Positions 40,179 through 50,198 of a stretch of DNA of 64,000 nucleotides are shown piece by piece. Position numbers and translations under genes: made by a program. Position 1 is the first letter of the stretch. Each line of letters starts with the position of its first letter. A model generated the notes under the pieces. The model saw nothing but the letters and a program-made list of their open reading frames with translations, had not been told where the DNA came from and made no database searches. Location: the NCBI GenBank assembly GCA_002811645.1, contig PDIP01000018.1:21609-85608 (forward strand), in the 5' to 3' direction. Origin of the DNA: Corallochytrium limacisporum Hawaii. Lineage: Eukaryota; Protista; Pluriformea.

Positions 40179-43106
40179 ATGGCCCAGCCTACGCGGCCAT
40201 CACGGCCAACGCCTCCATTACGGCATGCACCGCCATCGAGACCTCCACCGCCGTCACAGTCAACGGCATTGCAAGAAGACAAGGTGAGTGATCTATTTTG
40301 TGGCGGAGAAATCCCGGCCGATCGGGTCCTGTGGTATCGGGAGGGTAAAGGGCCAAACGACAAGGACACGAAGCGCGTACACTTTACGCCTTGGGAATGT
40401 CACTGTTTGGAAATGACGTACCGCGAGTACCAGGACGAGCAGGAAGTCCTTAGATCTACAGGGCGTGGCAGTATGGGCTCGTACGGACGGTCCATGCTCC
40501 GCAGCACAGGGGGCAGTGGACTTATGGATGGCAGTGGCACACCTGATGCGTTCGAACCACCCCAACGGGATATTGTGTCCAGTGTGGTGAATCCAGATAA
40601 AGACGAATTGCGCTGGAAGGTAAGTGTGCAAGGGGATCTTTTCGACGTCGACGTGGTGCAACGTACCTACGAGCCTGTATACTGGAAGCCACGCCCCAAG
40701 AGCATTGAGCATTGGTCTGTCCACCGAAGCACGTGGACCGCAAGTTCTACCGGAGATCCGACGCGGGCCATTGACGAAAAGACTTGTGCTGAGCTGGAGA
40801 CAGCCTTTGCCTTCGAAGTTTGGAAAGATGAGCTGACCAGCCACTTCAATCTCAGTTCCGGTGACTCGGCCCGATTCTATAATCAGCATGAAGTTTACCT
40901 GTACAGAGGCGATCGCAGCTCTAAGATGGCTGTTCGAATGATGAGCAGTGGACCGTCTCGGCCCGTACCCGGACGGCCGAGTAGCGTGTCTCCAGTCCGA
41001 AGCACGACGAAGCGGACCATCAGCGAGTCATCCACTCCCGCGGAAACGATCGCACCTGAGGCTATTGCTTACGGCGACGTGATCAAGCAGGAGGAAGATA
41101 CGGCCGCAGTGGTACCAGAAGGCACTGACACGAGCCCGGAGCTGCTGTCGATACAGGACACAGCCACTAAGCCGGCAACAGCTGGAAAAGCAGAGAAATT
41201 GGTTGGGCGGCGTTTAATGAGGGGCATGGTCCTGCTGGAAGCGAATAAAATGAAGACTTCGGGATCAGCAAGCTCTGCGCAAAGCGGAACGTGCAGTACT
41301 GACAAACAAAGCACAGACAAGAGGGACGGCAGTGCTGAGCGTGGAAAACCCAGTCCAAAGGTCCACAATACCACGGTGCCAATTTCACACGTCGTTTTTG
41401 TCGTTCATGGCATCGGGCAGGCCCTTACAGAGTACTGCGACGTGATCCGGGATGTGGAGAGTATTCGCGTAACCTCTAAGGTGCTCACCCAAGAGCATTT
41501 TCCACAGGTAACAGGGTCGAAACGGATCATCTTTATTCCAATTGAATGGCGACGGGACCTGGGCAAGATCCATGGCGATGAGTATGAGGAGGATGGGGAT
41601 TTTCTGGTTGAAGAAGCGGAACTAATGAAGGAGGCAGAGGCCATGCTCAACGGAGAATCCTCGGAGCAGAAGTCTGGTGGCAGCGGCAGCGAGCCTGGAT
41701 CCAATGTCACATCTCCGAAACTTACGAGTGAGAACGACCCAGACACTGAAAAGGCACTCAAGGAGGACGGCACAGTCAACAGCTTAACTTCTGTAGGGGG
41801 TATCCAGTTGAATACCATTCCTGGTCTCCGACACGTCGTACAGGGAAGTTTGCTGGATATCTTGCTTTATCTCTCCAACCGGAATGGTCAGAAAATTATT
41901 GACAATGCTGTCGGTAAACTCAACAATGCCTATCGTCTCTTCCGGCGACGCCATCCGAAGTTTGATGGTAAAGTTAGCATTATTGGGCATTCTCTCGGCT
42001 CCTTGATTACCTTTGACATTCTTACGCACCAGCCCAACGCCCCCACTGCCCGCTTCCGCGCAGATGGCACCCGAGCACGACCACGTGACAAAATCCATGA
42101 TGCTCAGCATTTGATCAAGGATAAGGAGGTACGAGAACTCGAGGCCCAAATCAAGGATCTGCAGATAAAGCTACGCAAACGTCTGGAAGAGGCCTATGGA
42201 CGCGTCAGTGTTTCGTTAAGCGGGGTGGTTCCCCGCAACTTTCCTGCACTTGACTTTGAAGTCGACTGTTTCTTCATGCTAGGATCGCCTCTGGGTGTTT
42301 TCTTGCTGCTCCGGGACCACCGCATCGGACCGCCCGGAACGGGAAGCACTGGCCATGCTGGTCAATCGGTCATGCCCAAATGTCGTCGGTTCTACAATGT
42401 CTTCCACCCGTACGATCCTGTCGCTTACCGTATAGAACCCATCATTGAGCCGTCGATGGCAAAGTTGAAGCCCCAGAATATTCCATTTTACAAGAAATCC
42501 ATGCTAGCCTTTACTGAGGACGACCTGCGGTCGGTCAGCGAGGCGAGCATGCGCGCACGAAACGCCGTGGTCAACACTGTGGCACGGATAGGTACCCTCG
42601 TTAGTGCGACCGCCCGACTACGGAGTTGGGCGTATGGTGGCAACAAAGGCAGTACCGAAGAGGGAGTGATCGAACAGCCGGCAGAGGCACTGAAGCCCAA
42701 CACTGAGAGTGCACCCGATGGACTGCCAATCAGTCGGGAAGACTCTGACAATGGCGGTACTCGTGACATCACTTCTGGCATGATCAGTGATGTGGACGTC
42801 GACAATGCAACGGGCAAAGTACGTCGCGTAACCAAAGACGAACTTCTCGCGCGTATGCCAGAGGAAATTGCGTCCCTAAGTGACGGGGACCGTCGCTTTG
42901 ATCACCAATTGCGAGCGGGTGCGTTTGACAATCAGTACCTCACATCGATTACTGCACATATGGGCTACTCCAGCGACCCTTCCACGGTAGTCTTTCTCCT
43001 GAGCCGGCTCTACGGCCTGCCGTCATGGAAGACTGACAAGCAGGAGCGGGTGGCCAGTCAGGAGCGGGTACGCGACACGAATACAAAGGAAAGGAGAGAG
43101 GCATAA
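40179..43106 (+). CDS. DDHD-domain intracellular phospholipase A1 (DDHD1/DDHD2/SEC23IP family)
   Basis: HVVFVVHGIGQ, FIPIEWR, lipase motif GHSLG, FFMLGSPLG, FYNVFHPYDPVAYRIEP, RFDHQL, TAHMGY. Confidence 0.92.
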   Translation: MAQPTRPSRPTPPLRHAPPSRPPPPSQSTALQEDKVSDLFCGGEIPADRVLWYREGKGPNDKDTKRVHFTPWECHCLEMTYREYQDEQEVLRSTGRGSMGSYGRSMLRSTGGSGLMDGSGTPDAFEPPQRDIVSSVVNPDKDELRWKVSVQGDLFDVDVVQRTYEPVYWKPRPKSIEHWSVHRSTWTASSTGDPTRAIDEKTCAELETAFAFEVWKDELTSHFNLSSGDSARFYNQHEVYLYRGDRSSKMAVRMMSSGPSRPVPGRPSSVSPVRSTTKRTISESSTPAETIAPEAIAYGDVIKQEEDTAAVVPEGTDTSPELLSIQDTATKPATAGKAEKLVGRRLMRGMVLLEANKMKTSGSASSAQSGTCSTDKQSTDKRDGSAERGKPSPKVHNTTVPISHVVFVVHGIGQALTEYCDVIRDVESIRVTSKVLTQEHFPQVTGSKRIIFIPIEWRRDLGKIHGDEYEEDGDFLVEEAELMKEAEAMLNGESSEQKSGGSGSEPGSNVTSPKLTSENDPDTEKALKEDGTVNSLTSVGGIQLNTIPGLRHVVQGSLLDILLYLSNRNGQKIIDNAVGKLNNAYRLFRRRHPKFDGKVSIIGHSLGSLITFDILTHQPNAPTARFRADGTRARPRDKIHDAQHLIKDKEVRELEAQIKDLQIKLRKRLEEAYGRVSVSLSGVVPRNFPALDFEVDCFFMLGSPLGVFLLLRDHRIGPPGTGSTGHAGQSVMPKCRRFYNVFHPYDPVAYRIEPIIEPSMAKLKPQNIPFYKKSMLAFTEDDLRSVSEASMRARNAVVNTVARIGTLVSATARLRSWAYGGNKGSTEEGVIEQPAEALKPNTESAPDGLPISREDSDNGGTRDITSGMISDVDVDNATGKVRRVTKDELLARMPEEIASLSDGDRRFDHQLRAGAFDNQYLTSITAHMGYSSDPSTVVFLLSRLYGLPSWKTDKQERVASQERVRDTNTKERREA

Positions 43107-43220
43107 TGTTTATGAAACATTGACGAATCATGACAAAAATTGCGTAATTCCTATATATATACATCTACCAGTGCTACTACCATGCACTTGTATTGAAATT
43201 CGACTCATCAATGTCTGAGT

Positions 43221-44477
43221 TTAGACGGTTTCCAAAGGACTTGTGGTTTTCTTCGTGGGGGCGCTCTTAGCCAATCGGTCCTTCTTCATCCTTTCCGCGT
43301 CCCGACGTAGGTTGAAATAGTTCTGCAGCATGCGAGCGCGGTTCGGATCGATATAGTCGTCTGAGCCACCCCGGCCCTGGCTAATCACGGCGTTAGCTTC
43401 AGCCGCCACCTTGCGCTGCTCCATGCGCTGGCGCTTACGCTCTTCCTGTCTCTGCTTGACCATGCGTTCGCGGTCCTCCTGGCGCTTTGTAATAGCGCGC
43501 AGGAACGCTTCCGAAGTGCGTTCCTCCTCCGTGGGGATCTGCTCGGCCTGGCGTTCAGCCATTGTCTTTTTTGTGCGCATAATCTGCGGTTCCAGGGCAC
43601 TGTCCTTGTACGCACGGCCCGTGATACCAGCGGTCAATTCCAAGTCTTCCACACGCACAGCTACGACCTCACCGACGCGCCAGCCCTTGGGCAGCAAACC
43701 CGGGCACTGAACGTAGCCTGTGAACTTACCACCCAGCCCAAGACGAACCTGTGTGCCCTCGATGCCAGTTATCTTGGCCCAAACAGACATGTTCGAAATG
43801 TCGTGGGCTTGGGCGAGAGCAGAGTGACCAAGAGCCTCACGGAAGCCCATGTCTTCAGCCCATCGCTCGTTGCCCTTGGGCACATCCTCGAGCGCAATGT
43901 CAAGAACGGAATTAAGAGACAGTGCCTTCGGCACACCCTGGCCGGCGAAGGCGTCGTCATTTTCAAATTCGTGGTCGCTGATCTGCGTGACCCTACGATT
44001 CATCCATTTGGTCTGCTTCGGAATCGGAGACTTCATGACTTCGTCCTTGTAGTCCCGCTCGTAGTGCTTACCCCAGTCTGGAACGGCCTCGGACAACGGA
44101 GGAATGGCTGGTCCCGGTCGAACGTCAATTGCGGCGCTCTGGACCTTCAACTTCTGTCCGAGAGTGTGTTGATAACGGCTCACAATTGTTTCAGCCTCAG
44201 GGACAGACTTGTGCACCTTGAATTGCTGAACTTCGGGTTCGGCTTCGAGAAGCTCATCTCTCGATTCAGTGCGTTCCTGGAGAGACGAATCCTTTCCCTT
44301 CATCCACTGCACTCCCAACAGAGCAGACCCGCCATCGCTACTTGTGCTCGATGGTACCTTGTTCCGGGTTTTACTTTTCTTTTTGGCTAATGATGTTGAA
44401 GAGGTGCTGATTGACCTCACAATCATCTGTTGGTTAGCTAGGGCAGCCGGGCGAGCTACCAATACAGAGCGAAACAT
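43221..44477 (-). CDS. MRPS28: Mitochondrial ribosomal protein bS1m (MRPS28-like) with long extensions
   Basis: Mitochondrial presequence; core F...L.HS.L.Q.......V..KI......V....GGKF......P.......G..V.VR..DLELT....G.....S.LE resembles the animal MRPS28 S1 domain. Confidence 0.72.
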   Translation of the reverse strand: MFRSVLVARPAALANQQMIVRSISTSSTSLAKKKSKTRNKVPSSTSSDGGSALLGVQWMKGKDSSLQERTESRDELLEAEPEVQQFKVHKSVPEAETIVSRYQHTLGQKLKVQSAAIDVRPGPAIPPLSEAVPDWGKHYERDYKDEVMKSPIPKQTKWMNRRVTQISDHEFENDDAFAGQGVPKALSLNSVLDIALEDVPKGNERWAEDMGFREALGHSALAQAHDISNMSVWAKITGIEGTQVRLGLGGKFTGYVQCPGLLPKGWRVGEVVAVRVEDLELTAGITGRAYKDSALEPQIMRTKKTMAERQAEQIPTEEERTSEAFLRAITKRQEDRERMVKQRQEERKRQRMEQRKVAAEANAVISQGRGGSDDYIDPNRARMLQNYFNLRRDAERMKKDRLAKSAPTKKTTSPLETV

Positions 44478-44960
44478 GGTCTACAGATTCTACGCTACAA
44501 TGTGATTATTCGGTGCTTTTCTTCTGATTTCGAGTCAACCGCTTGTGTCAATTCTATGCCATGATGGAAATTGTCTCTACGTTTGTGGACTCACCCTTCA
44601 TCTGTTTCTTTGTTTACCTAGAAAATTTTTGCCTGCGTACACGTGAAAGACATCCCCGTTGGTCATATCCATCAAAATTTTCGATTCACTCTCCCTTTGG
44701 GACTTTTTCGGTGTTTCAAATACTACCACTGGACGCTTCCACAATGTATACGTAAAATGAAAACCAGCGTATCCAACAATGGAACAGGATCCGATGACAA
44801 AATCCTGCCGCACGGGTCTCCTTCAGACACAAGACTAGTCAGCTGGAATCGCGCACTTTACGAGCCCCCTTGCTCCCCGGGAACCGGGCACGCGGAGGGT
44901 CGGGGGGGGGGGGCCTGGGAAGGGGAGGGGTGCGTGGGGAAAGGCGGGCCGAATGGGGGG

Positions 44961-45134
44961 NNNNNNNNNNNNNNNNNNNNNNNNNNNNNNNNNNNNNNNN
45001 NNNNNNNNNNNNNNNNNNNNNNNNNNNNNNNNNNNNNNNNNNNNNNNNNNNNNNNNNNNNNNNNNNNNNNNNNNNNNNNNNNNNNNNNNNNNNNNNNNNN
45101 NNNNNNNNNNNNNNNNNNNNNNNNNNNNNNNNNN
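44961..45134. other. Assembly gap flanked by near-duplicate G-rich sequence
   Basis: N run; 44901-44960 nearly matches 45135-45190, with extra G substitutions in the left copy. Confidence 0.9.
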
Positions 45135-45368
45135 GGGGGGGGGGCCTGGGAAGGGTAGGGATGCGTGGTGAAAGGCGGGCCGAATGGGGGGGGTGGGGAG
45201 CTCCCTTCCTCCGGGACTGTGGAACCTTCCGAAGGACATGGTACGCAAGCATCGGATACTCCGAAGTTCATGCTGGTAAAACGGATAAAGACTGTCTCTA
45301 TGAAATGCCTTGAATTGATTGGATATGAAAATTAAACGAGAAGTATGTTTGCAATAGTGAAAGAGGAC

Positions 45369-47027
45369 TCAGCCCTGGGTGCGGCGACTTCGTCGCGGTG
45401 GTTCTTGGGTTTCTCCTCCAGGCGGCGCTGGCCGCTTGGACGCGGGAGATGGAGGCGCAGGATTGGGACTTGCGGGTGCTTTGCTCTTCTTCTTGTCAGC
45501 ACCACGGACCGGGGAACGACTGCGGCTACGGGCACTTGATGAAGGTCCGCCAGTGGCCTCCGCCGGCTGCTCATCATCTCCGGGAGCAGCAGGGCGGTCC
45601 GCTCCCGCGGGTGCTTTGGCTCCTCCCTCAGGGGGCTGTGCATCAGTCGGCTTCCTCCGTGCGCGACGGTGCTTCGGATAGTTGTGCTTCATGCCCTTGC
45701 GGTTGACATTACGCGGCTTGACTACCTTTTCGGGGAGCTTGTACTCCTTGGACTTTAGCACCTCCGCCGGTACACCTTGGCGCAGCTGTTCACGGATCTT
45801 GTATGGCTTGGGCAGCAGACCCAGGGCACGCATGTTGTTGACCTTAGTCACAATGTTACGGGGAGTACGGCTCATAAGCGAGTCGTGTTTAGTGAAACGT
45901 GGATCACGCATAAAGGAGCGCACATTGCCATCGTATTCCAGGGCCAACTCATGGATAATCTTCGTCTCTTCCTCGTTGTAGTTGCGCCGCAACTGCATCT
46001 CCTCGCGTCCACCGGCCTTCAGCGGCTTGCCACCAGCGCCTGCGCCACGCTGCTCCCGGCGCTGCTTGGCCTTGCGCTGGGTTTCTTCAGCTTTGCGCTT
46101 ATCGCGTTCACTTGGCTCCATACCTTTCCAACCTTCACCACTTGGGCGACCACCGGTTGTGGTGCGCTTGTCCACGTTCCGCGGAAAGTCATTGGGGTTG
46201 ATGGCACCCGACTTGATCAGCGTGCGGTAGCGGTCTTTGATGTGGACCGGAGTCCGATGGTTCAGGTTCATGCCCATCTGGATTTCCTTCCAGTTGCCAG
46301 CGCCATACACCTTCAGACCCTCTAACAGACGATTGTTTTCCTCTTCTGTCCAAGCACGGTGGTCCTTAACTAGGAACATTTCCGCGGGAAGAGCCTTAGC
46401 CTTGAGGAGGCGCTTCTTTTTCTCCCACAGATCGACGCGGTTGCGGTCACCCCAGAATTCGGAGTCGACTTTAATGGCGTCGTTGTAGATGGTAATGAGA
46501 TCTCCACCGAGGAGGAGCAGCTGTTCAACGTAGTAGGCTTCCAGTTCGTGGGGCCAGCGACGGAATGCGCGACGGTTGCTCTTCTTCTTGGGTGACGTTT
46601 GGTTGTCACCTTTCTTGTTCTTCTCTTCTTTTTCGGTCGGAGCGGCGGGTCTAGTCTCTCCGTCCGGTCCGTTGGCTTCCTTATCTTTGGTGCCCTCCTT
46701 GCTGCTGCCCGCCTTGTCCTGCAGCTGTTGCTTGGCCCCCATTTCCTTCCAGGACGCCTTGGACGCCTTCAAAGCTGGCTGGAAGAGGACAGAATCTTTG
46801 CCGCGTTTACGTTCGCCTTCCTTGGGGACCATACTCAACCAAGCTAGTCTGTTCACAGGACTACGCTTACCGCCCCCGGCAGCGGCGGCCTCACCGTCGG
46901 GTCCCGCAGGAGACGTCGACTCTGGCTCACCTTTATCTTCCTTGCGAATCTCATTCACTACATCCTGCTGCTCGGCAGCGTCTGCGCCGAACACGCTGGT
47001 GAATACAGCGCGCACGTACCGTGACAT
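45369..47027 (-). CDS. Myb/SANT protein with a central telobox (TRF-like) Myb repeat and two divergent Myb-like repeats
   Basis: WTEEENNRLLEGLKVYGAGNWKEI......NHRTPVHIKDRYRTL. ATG at 47027 in a GCAACCATG context; the ORF track opens at non-ATG 47180. Confidence 0.78.
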   Translation of the reverse strand: MSRYVRAVFTSVFGADAAEQQDVVNEIRKEDKGEPESTSPAGPDGEAAAAGGGKRSPVNRLAWLSMVPKEGERKRGKDSVLFQPALKASKASWKEMGAKQQLQDKAGSSKEGTKDKEANGPDGETRPAAPTEKEEKNKKGDNQTSPKKKSNRRAFRRWPHELEAYYVEQLLLLGGDLITIYNDAIKVDSEFWGDRNRVDLWEKKKRLLKAKALPAEMFLVKDHRAWTEEENNRLLEGLKVYGAGNWKEIQMGMNLNHRTPVHIKDRYRTLIKSGAINPNDFPRNVDKRTTTGGRPSGEGWKGMEPSERDKRKAEETQRKAKQRREQRGAGAGGKPLKAGGREEMQLRRNYNEEETKIIHELALEYDGNVRSFMRDPRFTKHDSLMSRTPRNIVTKVNNMRALGLLPKPYKIREQLRQGVPAEVLKSKEYKLPEKVVKPRNVNRKGMKHNYPKHRRARRKPTDAQPPEGGAKAPAGADRPAAPGDDEQPAEATGGPSSSARSRSRSPVRGADKKKSKAPASPNPAPPSPASKRPAPPGGETQEPPRRSRRTQG

Positions 47028-47364
47028 GGTTGCCCTTGTCCGTGAGATTCCCTTGGTGTGCTTGACTATCTGGTTAAAAACCTGGCTGTTTGCTTCATAC
47101 AAATGGGTTCTACCTTTAAGTATCTTCACAAAACCCAGATAAGCACCAAAAACAGTTATCCCTGATATTACAATACCCAAACAAAAATTACAAAACTACA
47201 CGAAAGCCAACAACACAACCCATCACTTCCCTGGTTCCCAATCGATCCTTCAAACGCTTCGCGGTTTCTTTTCTCCCCTCCCTCGCTCGGTCTGTGCAAC
47301 CGGGACTGTCCAAGGCCGCCTGTGTTCTGGGTATTACGGCAAATCGCGGTGCCAACCGCGGGAG

Positions 47365-47367
<3 letters not shown>

Positions 47368-47425
<58 letters not shown>
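47368..47425. repeat. (GA)29 microsatellite
   Basis: Directly visible; followed by A/G-rich low-complexity sequence. Confidence 0.97.
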
Positions 47426-47428
<3 letters not shown>

Positions 47429-49195
47429 GCGACGGCTGTGGACATGGGGGCGGTTCACACATACACACAAAAGGGAAAAAAAAAGAAAGGAAAAAAAAAA
47501 GAGGGGGGGAGACAATTGACCAGAACCCTAAAGGAAAAGGAGAGGAAAATTTAAGAAAAAAAATGGGAAATATGCACTAACTGACAACCACAACAATGTC
47601 TTTTACGAATCCGAAATATTTCCAAGGGGGCTGGTACCCCAGCAATAGAAAGCGCTTTGGCCCCTAACACTTCGTTCCTCGGAAGCCCCGGAGGGGGGGG
47701 TTCGGGGAATCCACACCCCCCCCCTCCCCTCTCCCCGGTGGCGCCGTCAGTACTAAATGAACTGCACCTCCGAAACGATGAAAGCCCTAGTTCTTGCACC
47801 CGTGCCGTCCGTAAAGAGGAGCAGACCCGCGCTGGCCCTGCTGCAGCAGGCCGCCCTCCCCGGGGGGGGGGAGGGAATGACCCGGGGACGGATGACGCGC
47901 CTTAAAAGTTAGCCACGGCGCTTGAGAATACGAGAGCGCCGGTGCTTCATTGGGCACCTGGGCTATCCGGGAGTTTGGCTTCGCTCTTGCCGGTTCTTTC
48001 CTTTTCTTTTCTTTTTTTTTTTCTCTCCTTTGGCCCTTTGTTTTCTGTTTCGCCTTTTTTCTCTCTTCTATTTTTCCCTGGTTTCTTTTTGTACTGTAGC
48101 TTTTCTTTCTCTTTCTTTTTTTCCTTGTGTCGCGCTTTCGCCGGTCATGGCCTGCTGTCATTTTTTTGGTTTTGGCCGGCCTAGGAAAATACAGCTCGGG
48201 TTCGGTGAATGAGCCCTAATGAACCAGGCGGTGAGGGAGGGGGAGGGGTAAACAAATAACTGAGCCCTAGGGAAGTCCTCCTTCCGGCAGTGAATGTACC
48301 GAAAGAAGCCCCGGGTGTGCGAGGGAAGTGGAGGGGGGGGGGGGGCAATGGGCAAAATTCCCTTCCCGGGGCTGAGAGAAAACTAAAAATTCTGGGAGAA
48401 GGCGCAAGGGTTTCTACCTTTTGGTCCTCATTACCCCACCGGGTCCCGCTCATGACGCGAGAGCCCCAAGGTTTTTCGGGCGGGAAAAACTTGGGGGGAA
48501 CACAAAAAAAAGAAAAAGGAAAAATTAAGGAAGTGGAAGCGCCCACCCCCACGAGCCGGTCCGAGTTCTTGCGAAGGGTGGGAAGCGAGGGGGGGGGCCG
48601 GGAAGAGGGAAGGGAGGAGGGGTGGCCCGGAGGTTGAAACTGACAAGGAGCCAAGCGCGGCACTGCTGCAGAAGGAGGAGAAAGCCCGGGTTATTCACTA
48701 CCACCGCGGGGACCAGGAGATGGTCAACCACACGGTGGCCCCCCAGGGGCGGGGTTCTCCGCTTGGAGCCGTGGCCGGTGGTGGGCACATATTTCAAATA
48801 TCATTGAATGGATTATAAGTAGGGAATATTAGGGTATTCAGTTAATTTTCAGAGAAAGGGAGTCTAATTATGGGTGGTGGGGAACGGGTGGATCGTCCTG
48901 ACCCGTCCGGCAGTTTCGGAACGGAAGTGGGGATAGTAGGTCCTGGTCAGATGACCAGTACAACATAGTAACCGATGGGCTACTCAAATACTGGTACTTG
49001 CCAGTGGACGGGAGGATACAGGTAGTGATTCTGCACATTGAGATGCTGATGCATTGGTCACATTACTGTGAGCGATTTATTGCTCTCTATGGATCACGGT
49101 CTCTGCTGGAGGTTTCGAAAACGGGGTAATGCTGCAGAGCATAGTCGGTGGAAAAAGATTAAACCCCGTGAGTCGTGAAAAGCGAAGCGGTAGCC

Positions 49196-50134
49196 ATGGT
49201 CATTACAATGGATCTGCTTGCAGAGCGTCTGCTCTATTTGGGTAGTCTGGTGGCACCGTCTATATACGGGCGCAGATGGTTAGCCGTGCATGCGCATCTG
49301 CTGTTGAAGTCGAGGGCGGACCATTTACATGGTGAGACCCTTGAGTGGCTGGCATCTAATCGGCATATTCAATTCGGATATCGGCGGCCCATGACTGCAG
49401 CAGAATGTGTCAGGCATGCCTTTTCGCTCCACAATGAATTTGTGAACATTGTGAGCCATGTGCTGGGCTCCCTCTTTTTTGGGTTCATGGCTCTCTATTA
49501 CTCCTACAAGCAGGAAGAGTCGACAGACCTATGGGCATATCTCACAGTCGCTGCTCTGGCCCATGCTTTTGTCTATGCCGCGAGCAGTTTCTACCATATC
49601 TTCCAGCCAGCCTGCACCACAAAAGAAATGTATACTCTGTGTCTGCAAATTGACCAGTACGGATGTATCGTCGGGGTTAGTATTAGCGGGCTTGTGCTCT
49701 TCCTGATCTCGCATCGATGCACAGATCCATTAATCTCGTGGGCTATGGGCACCTTGTTTGCTGTAAGCACAGTTTACACGGTATACTGTGGCATGACCAC
49801 TGTGTCAGATGATAAAGTAGCGCACAAGCGCCTGGTCCGCATCATCGGAGGCCATTTTGCCCTTCGTTTAGTTCTCGGGTATGTACCCCTTTTGCGCAAG
49901 TGGCATGATCTGGGAGATGGCACATCGTTCATCATTCACACCTACAGTACCCTCTGTCTGGTGATAGGCATCTTCATCATGGAGAATCAGATTCCGGAGT
50001 GCTGGTTACCTGGAAAATTTGACATCTATGGGGCCAGTCATCAGATCTGGCACTTTTTCAGTCTCTCTGCCGGCGTCATCTCTTTCATCGGTTTTATGCA
50101 GGACGCTCGCGACTGGCACCTGACAGAATGCTGA
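49196..50134 (+). CDS. PAQR (adiponectin/progestin receptor, hemolysin III) family 7TM protein
   Basis: GYR...C....F.LHNEFVNIVSH, SSFYH, DQYG, IPECWLPGKFDIYGASHQIWH; the Zn-binding His residues are present. First ATG is 49196. Confidence 0.9.
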   Translation: MVITMDLLAERLLYLGSLVAPSIYGRRWLAVHAHLLLKSRADHLHGETLEWLASNRHIQFGYRRPMTAAECVRHAFSLHNEFVNIVSHVLGSLFFGFMALYYSYKQEESTDLWAYLTVAALAHAFVYAASSFYHIFQPACTTKEMYTLCLQIDQYGCIVGVSISGLVLFLISHRCTDPLISWAMGTLFAVSTVYTVYCGMTTVSDDKVAHKRLVRIIGGHFALRLVLGYVPLLRKWHDLGDGTSFIIHTYSTLCLVIGIFIMENQIPECWLPGKFDIYGASHQIWHFFSLSAGVISFIGFMQDARDWHLTEC

Positions 50135-50198
50135 CAAGACTAGTGTACAGTAGCAACAATTGGGTAAAGAATGTCTTAATGAACTATATATGTATCCG

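Noticed and set aside
44901-45195. Direct repeats flanking an N gap (possible mobile element or LTR)
   Set aside because: The copies differ mainly by substitutions to G next to poly-G runs, typical of unmerged low-quality contig ends.
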